Assembly (NCBI GenBank): GCA_015233675.1
Contig: JADFXH010000002.1
Coordinates: forward strand, 14,794 to 78,793
DNA from: Candidatus Omnitrophota bacterium
GTDB lineage: Bacteria > Omnitrophota > Gorgyraeia > Zapsychrales > Fredricksoniimonadaceae
Direction of reading: 5' to 3'
Length of the DNA stretch: 64,000 nucleotides
Shown: positions 1-7,758 of the stretch, one piece after another
Position numbering within the stretch: the stretch's first letter is position 1
Layout: the number at the start of each line of letters is the position of its first letter
Position numbers and translations under genes: made by a program
The notes under the pieces: model-generated
The model's input: the letters and a program-made list of their open reading frames with translations, nothing else
Told to the model about the DNA's origin: nothing
Database searches by the model: none

Positions 1-381
1 GCTCGGGATGAATTTGAAAAAACGATGAATGATTACCCAGCCAGCGAATGGGCCCAAGCTGCTAAATTTCAGATTGCCATGGCAGACACCAGCAGAGCTT
101 CGGATGCGCAGCATGAGCAAAAGGTGACCAGTGTTGCCATGGAAGAGTTTAATGAATTTGTAAAAAATCATCCGGATAGCCAACTGGCCCCTGAAGCCCA
201 AGCACAGATGGCTCGCCTTAAGGCCAAGGAAGCGGAAAATAGTTTTGTCATCGCCCAGTTTTATGAAAAACAGAAAAATTTAAAAGCCGCGCGGATTTAT
301 TATAAAGAGGTTACTAATAATTACGCTGACACCTCCTGGGGAGCTAAAGCATCGGCCCATTTAAAAGTCATTGGTGAATAA
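1..381 (+). CDS. bamD: BamD/YfiO-like TPR outer-membrane assembly lipoprotein, C-terminal part (5' end outside window)
   Basis: Frame 1 is open from base 1 (ARDEFEKT precedes the first Met). The TPR-like tail IAQFYEKQKNLKAARIYYKEVTNNYADTSW resembles the BamD C-terminus. The stop overlaps the lptE start (TAATG). Confidence 0.5.
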   Translation, partial: ARDEFEKTMNDYPASEWAQAAKFQIAMADTSRASDAQHEQKVTSVAMEEFNEFVKNHPDSQLAPEAQAQMARLKAKEAENSFVIAQFYEKQKNLKAARIYYKEVTNNYADTSWGAKASAHLKVIGE

Positions 382-902
382 TGTCACGTTTGTTCCTGTC
401 TATATTGTTGGTTTTGACAATTGCCGGCTGCGGGTATACGACAGGATCGTTGCTGCCTAAAAATTATAAGAAAATTGCCATTGAACCTTTCCAGAATAAA
501 GTAAACAATTCCCAAGAAAATAGTAATGTGATTTATGTGCCGCTTTTGGAAAGCAATGTCCGCACCGCTATTATAGACAAGTTTTTATTTGACGGGAATT
601 TGCGGATTGCTGACCCTGACAAGGCGGACCTGGTTCTCAACGGGGATTTAATAGGCGTTGAACAGGACACCTTGCGCCAGGATGTGAATCAAAATGTCCA
701 GGAATACCGTGTCCGGATCATTGTTTCTTTGTCCTTGACGGATACCGCCACCGGCAAGGTCCTTTGGAAGGAACCTTCTTTTTCCGGTGAAACAACGTAT
801 TTTCTGACAGGCTCCCAGGGCCAATCGCAGAGCTCCGCGATAGACGCCGCGTTGGCTGATCTGGCTTCCCGTATCGTTGAGCGTACCGTCGAGAATTGGT
901 AA
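381..902 (+). CDS. lptE: LPS-assembly lipoprotein LptE-like
   Basis: Signal peptide with lipobox (LVLTIAG-C). About 170 aa. Sits immediately upstream of holA, as in the conserved lptE-holA arrangement. Confidence 0.55.
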   Translation: MSRLFLSILLVLTIAGCGYTTGSLLPKNYKKIAIEPFQNKVNNSQENSNVIYVPLLESNVRTAIIDKFLFDGNLRIADPDKADLVLNGDLIGVEQDTLRQDVNQNVQEYRVRIIVSLSLTDTATGKVLWKEPSFSGETTYFLTGSQGQSQSSAIDAALADLASRIVERTVENW

Positions 903-905
903 GAT

Positions 906-1559
906 ATGATCTATCTTTTCCTTGGTGATGACCTGCCAGCAAAAGATGCCAGAATTACCGAAATAAAAAATAAGTTTTTCAAAAACTCTCAGGAAGCTTT
1001 AGCTTTTGACTTGGATAATCTCGATGGCAGAGCTCTGGGAGAAGACGCGTTAAAACAAGCGTTTTTGACCCTGCCGGTCATCGCTCCAAATCGTTTGATC
1101 ATTTTGCGTCAGATCCATAAATTAAAATCCGCTGACATCCAGGTGTTGATCAATTTTTGCCAAAAACCGGCAAAGCATTGTGATGTTATTTTAGAATCCA
1201 GTGAAAATACACTCAAAGGGGATTTAAAAGATATTCCCTTGTACGCCAAGTCACTCGTGTGCTCCAAGCCCGAAGGTCCAAATGTTTTTGATATGACCAG
1301 ATTGATAACAGCCCATCGAAGCGGCGACGCGCTAAAAATGTTAGATGGATTTTATCGGGACAATGTGCATCCATTACAGATCATGCGGGCCTTGGTGTGG
1401 TATTGGGGCAAGCAAGGTAAGCTTCTGGGCAAAGAAGGATTTGAGCGGGGGCTTAAGGCCCTAGAAGAGGCGGATCTAAACATAAAACGAAGCCGCCTTA
1501 ACCCTCAGCATGCGGTGGAAAAAGTGGTGGTAGAATTGAGTTTACTTTTGCGCCGCTAA
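906..1559 (+). CDS. holA: DNA polymerase III delta subunit (short form, 217 aa)
   Basis: N-terminal MIYLFLGDD pattern and C-terminal LEEADLNIK...VEKVVVEL helix typical of HolA. Position after lptE. The 3' end overlaps convergent rpsT by 18 nt. Confidence 0.55.
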   Translation: MIYLFLGDDLPAKDARITEIKNKFFKNSQEALAFDLDNLDGRALGEDALKQAFLTLPVIAPNRLIILRQIHKLKSADIQVLINFCQKPAKHCDVILESSENTLKGDLKDIPLYAKSLVCSKPEGPNVFDMTRLITAHRSGDALKMLDGFYRDNVHPLQIMRALVWYWGKQGKLLGKEGFERGLKALEEADLNIKRSRLNPQHAVEKVVVELSLLLRR

Positions 1560-1802
1560 AGAACGTGCGAACCGGGATTTTCGACGGGCCGCTGTCTTTT
1601 TGTGCATGACGTTGCGTTTGGCCGCTTTATCGAACTTTTTATAGATTTCTTTAAGTAACTCTTTGGTGTCAGCCTTTTTGTCAGCAGCCGCGGTCGTGAA
1701 TTTTTTGACCGTCTTTTTCAGGTCCGTCTTAATCTGCAGATTATGCAGGTGCTTGGTATGGGCTTTACGTAAATCTTTAATGGCAGTGCGGCGTTGTGGC
1801 AT
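1542..1802 (-). CDS. rpsT: 30S ribosomal protein S20
   Basis: 86-aa basic protein. MPQRRTAIKDLRK...KNVMHKKTAARRKSR matches the bS20 family pattern. Confidence 0.9.
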   Translation of the reverse strand: MPQRRTAIKDLRKAHTKHLHNLQIKTDLKKTVKKFTTAAADKKADTKELLKEIYKKFDKAAKRNVMHKKTAARRKSRFARSLAAQK

Positions 1803-1858
1803 GAATAAATTCTCCTTTTAATTGTTTAGAGCGTGAATAATAGCAAACCACTCAATAT

Positions 1859-3238
1859 ATGTCAACTGATAAATCTAAGCCGCTTCATAAACATCACGCC
1901 CTTTTAAAATCCAGCGGCATTGTCGCTTGCGGGGTATTGGCTTCGCGCATGCTGGGATTTGTGCGGGATGTGGTCATAGCCCGCTTTTTAGGGACAGGGT
2001 TTTTAGCCGAGGCGTTTTTTGTGGCCCAGCGCATCCCTAATCTTTTAAGAGATATGGTTGGCGAAGGAGCATCTAACGCGGCCATTGTGCCGGTCTTATC
2101 GGAGTATGAGCAGAAAAAATCTAAAGAAGAATGGCAGGAATGCATTAACGCGGCTTTGGCTTGGGGTGTTATTATTTTAGGAATCATCACCCTTTTGGGC
2201 ATCTTCGCAGCACCCTGGATTGTGCGGCTGATGGCGCCCGGATTTGCCAGAGAGCCGGGGGAATTACAGATAACAGTCGATTTGACGCGGATCATGTTTC
2301 CCTATTTGATTTTGATTGCATTAACTGCTTTTCAAACGGGTATTTTATATTCTTTAAATGCGTTTTTCGCCCCGGCTTTCGGCCCATGTCTTTTGAATTT
2401 AGCCATGATCTTAAGCGTGTTGGTATCGACTTTATTGTCATGGCAAACATATCAACTGGCGTATGCTCTATCAGTCGGCGTGTTAATTGGTGGCGTATGG
2501 CAGTTGGGGGCCCAATGGGAGGCTTTGCGCCGAAGGGGAGTTTATTGGAAAATGCCGTTGAGATTCAACCATGAAGGGGCACGGCAAATCGGCAGGCTTT
2601 TGCTTCCGCGTTTATGGGGGAGCGCTGTTTATCAGATCAATGTGTTCGTGGATACTTTTTGCGCTTCGCTGGCGGTGATTGTTGGCGCTGGCGGTATCGC
2701 CGCGATTTATTATGCCAATCGGATGATTCAATTTCCTTTGGGAGTTTTTGGTTATGCACTTTCATCCGTAGCCCTGCCGTCTTTGTCCAAAATCGCACAG
2801 GAGGGGAACATGATCCTTTTTAGGTCAACCCTCCTGTTTGCTCTGCGAAATTTGATGTTAGTTTTAATACCTACGGCCGTATGCATGGGTATTTTTTCAA
2901 AATGGATTATTCATACTGTTTTCCAGAGAGGCGCTTTTGATGCGTATTCGACGATGGTCACCTCGCAGGTGATGTTTTTTGCCGCGCTGGGATTGCCCTT
3001 TTTTGGAGCTTCAAGGATACTGGTATCCGCTTTTTACGCTTTGCAGGACACTAAGACACCGGTTAAAATAGCTACGGTGTGCCTGTTGATCAACGTGGCG
3101 TTAAATGCGATTTTGATGTTTCCTTTGAAGGTTGGAGGCATTGCCCTGGCCAGCAGCATCGCCGGAGCGGTCAATTGCTTCCTGTTGTGGAAGCATCTTA
3201 ATACGAAATTATGGAGGCCTCTGGGGCCAAAAGGATAA
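1859..3238 (+). CDS. murJ: Lipid II flippase MurJ/MviN (C-terminally short, 459 aa)
   Basis: Polytopic membrane protein. N-terminal SRMLGFVRDVVIARFLGTG...AFFVAQRIPNLLR and EGASNAAIVPV motifs are typical of MurJ. It ends about 9 codons after FLLWKHLNTKL, where orthologs continue for 50-70 aa. Confidence 0.85.
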   Translation: MSTDKSKPLHKHHALLKSSGIVACGVLASRMLGFVRDVVIARFLGTGFLAEAFFVAQRIPNLLRDMVGEGASNAAIVPVLSEYEQKKSKEEWQECINAALAWGVIILGIITLLGIFAAPWIVRLMAPGFAREPGELQITVDLTRIMFPYLILIALTAFQTGILYSLNAFFAPAFGPCLLNLAMILSVLVSTLLSWQTYQLAYALSVGVLIGGVWQLGAQWEALRRRGVYWKMPLRFNHEGARQIGRLLLPRLWGSAVYQINVFVDTFCASLAVIVGAGGIAAIYYANRMIQFPLGVFGYALSSVALPSLSKIAQEGNMILFRSTLLFALRNLMLVLIPTAVCMGIFSKWIIHTVFQRGAFDAYSTMVTSQVMFFAALGLPFFGASRILVSAFYALQDTKTPVKIATVCLLINVALNAILMFPLKVGGIALASSIAGAVNCFLLWKHLNTKLWRPLGPKG

Positions 3239-3249
3239 ATTTATTCTTA

Positions 3250-3443
3250 CGCGCGTGCATTGAGATGAACAGCTATTATGTATTCGGCACGGGAATATTT
3301 TCGCCGTCTGCTACGGTTTACAGCTTGGATGCTATCGCGATAAGGCATACGCGGCATCCAAGCTGTAAAACCTTGCAGACTTTTGGCGAAAAATTCCCAA
3401 ATGTGCCTCACACATAATAGCTGTTCATCTCAAACGCGTGCAT
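3250..3443. repeat. Long imperfect palindrome (about 85-90 nt arms), MITE-like or structured-RNA element
   Basis: The left arm (3250-3332) is near-complementary to the right arm (3354-3443). Perfect blocks are TTGAGATGAACAGCTATTATGT / ACATAATAGCTGTTCATCTCAA and GGTTTACAGCTTGGATGC / GCATCCAAGCTGTAAAACC. The apical loop contains the palindrome TATCGCGATA. Confidence 0.75.
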
Positions 3444-3590
3444 CATTATAAGTCTAAACTTGTTCTTTGAAGTGACTATGATTCAGTATATTGGCTTGGA
3501 TGAATACCTAACCCTATTCATCCATCACGCAACAAATTGAGCACGAGCACGAAGAATAAATTTAACCCTTACAATGTATGCTTGAGTACT

Positions 3591-4835
3591 ATGGACATCA
3601 AGACAAAAATAAAAGGGTTGCCGGCAACTAGCGGGGTTTATTTGTTCAAGGACGCCGCGGGAACTGTTATTTATGCCGGTAAGGCAATCAATATTCGTAA
3701 GCGTGTGGAGTCTTATTTCCGTGCGAATACACGAAGCCTTAAGACGGACGTTTTAGTCAGCCATATTGCCCAGATCGACACCCTTCAAACAGCTTCCGAG
3801 GCTGAAGCCCTTTTATTGGAGGCCAGCCTTATCAAGAAATACCAGCCGAAATACAATGTTGAACTCAAGGACGGTAAAACATATCCTTTTATTCAAATTT
3901 CCAAAGATGAGTTCCCTTTGGTTTCGGTGGTGAGGATAAATACGCGCAAATATAAAGATGTGGACGCAGAGCTTTACGGGCCGTATGTCAATCCGGCGCT
4001 TATCCGCGAGGCATTGCAAATCATTCGTAAGATATTTCCGTTTCGCACTTGCGATCCTTTCGCAGATAAATTGTGTCTTTATTATGACTTGGGACTTTGT
4101 CAGGGCCCTTGTGAGGCAAAGATCAGCAAGAAAGACTATCAACGCAATATCCGGAGCATAAAATTTATTCTCGATGGTAAAAAGGAGGGGATTTATCGTA
4201 ATTTGCGCCTGGACATGGAAAAGCTATCCCGTCGCCATGATTTTGAAGGCGCGGTTCGTCTGCGCGATCAGATCCGTGCGATTGGAGCCTTGTATTCAGG
4301 GACAGGGGACATTAATTATTTTAAAGAAGCAGAGCAGCTGCAAAGGGCCATAGGGCTTAAACGCGCTCCGGTGCGGATTGAGTGTTTTGACATTTCTAAT
4401 ACTATGGGCAATCAGCCGGTGGGGTCCATGGTTTCTTTTTTAAACGGGAAGCCCGATAAAAACAATTACCGCAGGTTTCGTATCAAAACTGTCGAAGGCA
4501 TCGATGATTTTAAGATGATCGCCGAAATCGTACGCCGTCGTTACTCCCGTCTTCAAAAAGAGAAAACGGGTTTTCCGGATTTGATCGTTATTGACGGCGG
4601 TAAGGGTCAGTTGGGTGCGGCGGTGGAGGAATTAAAAAAATTAAATTTGTCTCTGGATGTCATTGGTTTAGCCAAGCAGGAAGAAGAGATTTTTACGCCG
4701 GGCAAACGCATGTCCGTCAAGCTGGCCCATGACTCGTTGGGCTTGAAGCTTCTGATGCGCGTACGCGATGAAGCGCACCGTTTCGGCCTGAAATACCACA
4801 CTCTCTTAAGAGCGAAGAAATTTTTAGAAAAATAG
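3591..4835 (+). CDS. uvrC: Excinuclease ABC subunit C (no C-terminal HhH2 domain)
   Basis: GIY-YIG module (GVYLFKDAAGTVIYAGKAINIRKRV), UVR motif (FEGAVRLRDQIRAI) and RNase H-like nuclease region (FDISN...DGGKGQL...RDEAHRF). I prefer ATG 3591 to the TTG at 3537. Confidence 0.85.
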   Translation: MDIKTKIKGLPATSGVYLFKDAAGTVIYAGKAINIRKRVESYFRANTRSLKTDVLVSHIAQIDTLQTASEAEALLLEASLIKKYQPKYNVELKDGKTYPFIQISKDEFPLVSVVRINTRKYKDVDAELYGPYVNPALIREALQIIRKIFPFRTCDPFADKLCLYYDLGLCQGPCEAKISKKDYQRNIRSIKFILDGKKEGIYRNLRLDMEKLSRRHDFEGAVRLRDQIRAIGALYSGTGDINYFKEAEQLQRAIGLKRAPVRIECFDISNTMGNQPVGSMVSFLNGKPDKNNYRRFRIKTVEGIDDFKMIAEIVRRRYSRLQKEKTGFPDLIVIDGGKGQLGAAVEELKKLNLSLDVIGLAKQEEEIFTPGKRMSVKLAHDSLGLKLLMRVRDEAHRFGLKYHTLLRAKKFLEK

Positions 4836-4840
4836 GATTC

Positions 4841-4859
4841 CCTCCCCCTCGAGGGGAGG
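4841..4859 (+). terminator. GC-rich hairpin after uvrC, followed by a G-rich tail (no U-tract)
   Basis: CCTCCCCC-TCGA-GGGGAGG stem with one bulge, 6 nt after the uvrC stop, then CAAGGGAGGGGGAAG. A similar hairpin plus TTAGGGGGAG lies at 40252-40288. Confidence 0.3.
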
Positions 4860-4895
4860 TCAAGGGAGGGGGAAGTTTATCGTCCTTTTTAAAAT

Positions 4896-5210
4896 ATGAA
4901 GACTAAAAAACAATTAACCGATTTCGAATGGCAGGTTTTACGGGCAGCCTTGACAATACCTTTAGGTGAAACCCGTTCGTATCAGTGGGTCGCCGATAAG
5001 ATAGGACGGCCCAAGGCTGTGCGTGCGGTTGGTCAGGCCTTGCGCCAAAATCCTTATCCTCTGATCATTCCCTGTCACCGAGTGGTTAAATCAGATGGAA
5101 CGCTTGGAGGCTATGCCGGCAAGATGGATGATCAAAAGGCAAAACTTCTGGCTATTGAGCAGGTCATTGCCCGCCGGATCGGCCTTAAAAAACACCTCGA
5201 CAAGCCCTGA
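4896..5210 (+). CDS. ogt: Methylated-DNA--protein-cysteine methyltransferase (MGMT/Ogt, DNA-binding/active-site domain only)
   Basis: Active-site motif IIPCHRVV and downstream GGY motif. 104 aa. Confidence 0.8.
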   Translation: MKTKKQLTDFEWQVLRAALTIPLGETRSYQWVADKIGRPKAVRAVGQALRQNPYPLIIPCHRVVKSDGTLGGYAGKMDDQKAKLLAIEQVIARRIGLKKHLDKP

Positions 5211-5271
5211 TTTTAAGACTATCATGTACGAGTTTTTAAAGATCACCTAGGCTGTTTAGATGTTTTGCGAG

Positions 5272-5376
5272 TAGAGAGAATGGCGTCATTCTGAGGAGCG
5301 ATAACGACAAAGAATATTAAGACGACTTAAGATCCTTTGGCAACGCCTCAGGATGACATCGCCGACGCTCTCTATC
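5272..5376. repeat. Palindromic intergenic repeat of the GTCATTCTGAGG...CCTCAGGATGAC family (copy 1)
   Basis: TAGAGAGAATGGCGTCATTCTGAGG pairs with CCTCAGGATGACATCGCC...CTCTCTA. A related copy lies at 6516-6587 and a single arm at 13195-13254. Confidence 0.7.
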
Positions 5377-5436
5377 TGTTAAACAAAAAAGTTTTTATAA
5401 CATGAATCTGAGTGATTCCCTTTGAAAGGTTTTTGA

Positions 5437-6513
5437 ATGGAAATTGGTATTGTAGGGCTGCCTAATGTCGGCAAATCCTCATTGTTTAATGCTTTGACCG
5501 GCGCCGCCGCGGCAGCTGAAAATTTTCCTTTTACCACCATTGAGCCTAATATCGGCATCGTCCCTTTACCTGATGTCCGGTTGGATGTTTTGGCGCAGGA
5601 ATGGAATTCCGCCAAGGTCACTCCATCAGGCATCCGTTTTGTGGATATCGCCGGAATTGTTGAAGGGGCTTCCCAGGGAGAAGGGTTAGGCAATAAATTC
5701 CTTTCACATATCCGTTCGGTTGATGCCATTGCCCATGTAGTGCGTTGTTTTAAAGACGAGAATGTTGTCAATGTAATGACAGAACTTAATCCTCAGTCTG
5801 CCGCAGATATCATCACTACGGAACTTTTATTGGCAGATATACAGCAATGCCAAACCGCCCTGGACCGTTGGTCTAAAAAAGCTAAGTCGGGCGATAAAGA
5901 TTCTATAATAAAATGCAATGCCTTAAATGATTGCGTAAAAGCGTTTAATGAGGGGATCCCTGCCCGCCGGTTGAAAGACATCCCTCAGGAAATTTTAACT
6001 GAATTTCAGTTTTTGACAGCTAAGCCGTTAATGTATGTTGCCAATACTGACGAGGGGACACCGGATGAAGCTCTGCTTAAGCCCTTACGCGACCGTGCAC
6101 AATCAGAAGGCGCGGCATTGGTTAGTTTGTGTACGAAATTAGAAGCGGAAATTGTGCAGCTGCCTCCTGAGGAGCGCGATGCTTATTATGAGTCTGTGGG
6201 CATTGCCTCTCCGGGTTTGGCTCGTCTGGCCCAGGCGGGCAAAGAATTGCTTAAGCTTATATGTTTTTTTACGGCAGGCCCGCAGGAGACGCGCGCTTGG
6301 CTTATCCCCCAAGGGACGGTTGCGGTCAAGGCCGCAGGGAAGATCCATACGGACATTGAGCGGGGGTTTATCCGTGCTGAGATTTATCGGTATGATGATT
6401 TAAAAAGGCTTGGTTCCTATAAAGCGGTGCAGGAAAAGAATCTGGTGACCCTTGAAGGGAAAGAATATATTATGCAGGATGGCGATTGCGCATATTTTCG
6501 TTTTAGTGTTTAA
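5437..6513 (+). CDS. ychF: Ribosome-binding ATPase YchF
   Basis: Obg-family G1 motif GLPNVGKSSLFNALT, an inserted coiled-coil region, and a C-terminal TGS-like domain (GKEYIMQDGDCAYFRF). Confidence 0.9.
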   Translation: MEIGIVGLPNVGKSSLFNALTGAAAAAENFPFTTIEPNIGIVPLPDVRLDVLAQEWNSAKVTPSGIRFVDIAGIVEGASQGEGLGNKFLSHIRSVDAIAHVVRCFKDENVVNVMTELNPQSAADIITTELLLADIQQCQTALDRWSKKAKSGDKDSIIKCNALNDCVKAFNEGIPARRLKDIPQEILTEFQFLTAKPLMYVANTDEGTPDEALLKPLRDRAQSEGAALVSLCTKLEAEIVQLPPEERDAYYESVGIASPGLARLAQAGKELLKLICFFTAGPQETRAWLIPQGTVAVKAAGKIHTDIERGFIRAEIYRYDDLKRLGSYKAVQEKNLVTLEGKEYIMQDGDCAYFRFSV

Positions 6514-6515
6514 GG

Positions 6516-6587
6516 AGTAGTCTTCCTGAGCTTAGCGAAGGATCTTAAGACGCCTTTAGATTCTTCGGCCTTGCCTCAGAATGACAG
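6516..6587. repeat. Palindromic intergenic repeat, same family (copy 2)
   Basis: GTCTTCCTGAGCTTAGCGAAGGATCTTAAG pairs with TAGATTCTTCGGCCTTGCCTCAGAATGAC. Together with copy 1 it brackets ychF. Confidence 0.65.
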
Positions 6588-6595
6588 ATAAAATT

Positions 6596-7727
6596 ATGAA
6601 TGACCAGTTAGCAAAACAATTTGATGAACTTGCCAACAGGCTGGCCGGCCTAAGGGGGTATCTTTGACTTGCCCCATAAAGAAAAATCCATAGCAGAGAT
6701 ACAGGCACGGATGTCCCAGGAAGGATTTTGGGAGAATCAGGAACATGCTAACAAAGTTATGCGTGAGCTTAAGCTGTTAAAGAACATTGTAGAACCTTTT
6801 GCTTTGGGCACTAAGCGTGTTGATGAAGCCAAAGAATTTTTAGAACTGGCGGAAGATGATGAAGATCTCAATAAGCAATTAGCCGATGAAGCCGCCCTTT
6901 TAAAGATTCAAATTGATGCGTTGGAATTGCAAGCGCAGTTAAGCGGCCCCTTTGATAATGCCAATGCTATTTTAAGCATCAATGCTGGTGCCGGCGGTAC
7001 AGAGTCCTGTGATTGGGCATCTATGCTCATGCGTATGTATGTGCGCCATGCGGATTTGAAACAATACAAGTGCGAAACCATTGATATTTTACACGGAGAT
7101 GAAGCCGGCATTAAGAACGTGACTTTGCGTATCGATGGAGATAATGCTTACGGGTTATTAAAATCCGAAAAAGGAGTGCACCGGCTGGTTCGTATTTCTC
7201 CTTTTGATGCCAATAAGCGCAGGCATACTTCTTTTGCTTCCGTCGAAATTATTCCGGAGGTGGAAGATGATACGGATGTTGAGATCAATCCTGCGGAATT
7301 GCGCATTGATGTTTACCGCGCTTCAGGCCCCGGAGGCCAGGGAGTCAATACCACCGATTCTGCGGTACGCATCACACATTTACCGACGGGACTTGTGGCC
7401 CAATCCCAAAAAGAGCGTTCGCAATTACAGAATAAAGCCCAGGCCATGAAAGTTCTTCGGGCAAGGCTTTCCGCGTTAAAAAGCCAGCAGCAGGAAGAAG
7501 TGATGAGCAAAGAAGCCGGGGACAAACAAAAGATCGAATGGGGCTCGCAGATCCGTTCTTATGTTTTGCATCCGTACCTCATGGTCAAAGACCACCGTAC
7601 AGGGGTAGAGACGGGCAGTGCCCAGAAAGTTCTTGACGGAGAGATTGATCCTTTTATTGAAGGGTTTTTAAAAACAAAACCTGAAGACAGGGACAAGCGT
7701 CTTAAAGAACGCCAGCAGGAAATATAA
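6596..7727 (+). CDS. prfB: Peptide chain release factor 2, requires programmed +1 frameshift at 6662-6668
   Basis: Frame 0 reads MNDQLAKQFDELANRLAGLRGYL then TGA (6665-6667). The +1 frame continues DLPHKEKS... through the SPF and GGQ motifs (SGPGGQGVNTTDSAVRITH). An in-frame ATG at 6581 is an alternative start. Confidence 0.9.
6653..6668 (+). promoter_or_regulatory. RF2 autoregulatory frameshift site (internal SD + CUU UGA C)
   Basis: AGGGGGTATCTTTGAC is identical to the canonical prfB frameshift cassette. Confidence 0.9.
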
Positions 7728-7758
7728 TAATTCACCGAAAAATGACATTGGAGACTAT

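Noticed and set aside
1894-2574. 133-aa minus-strand and 137-aa plus-strand alternative-frame ORFs within murJ
   Set aside because: Both overlap the strongly supported MurJ frame. The sequences are unstructured shadow-frame products.
3211-3417. 68-aa ORF spanning the long hairpin element
   Set aside because: The frame runs through both arms of a palindrome, so it is open largely by symmetry. It has no SD and overlaps the murJ stop. A non-coding element is the more parsimonious reading.
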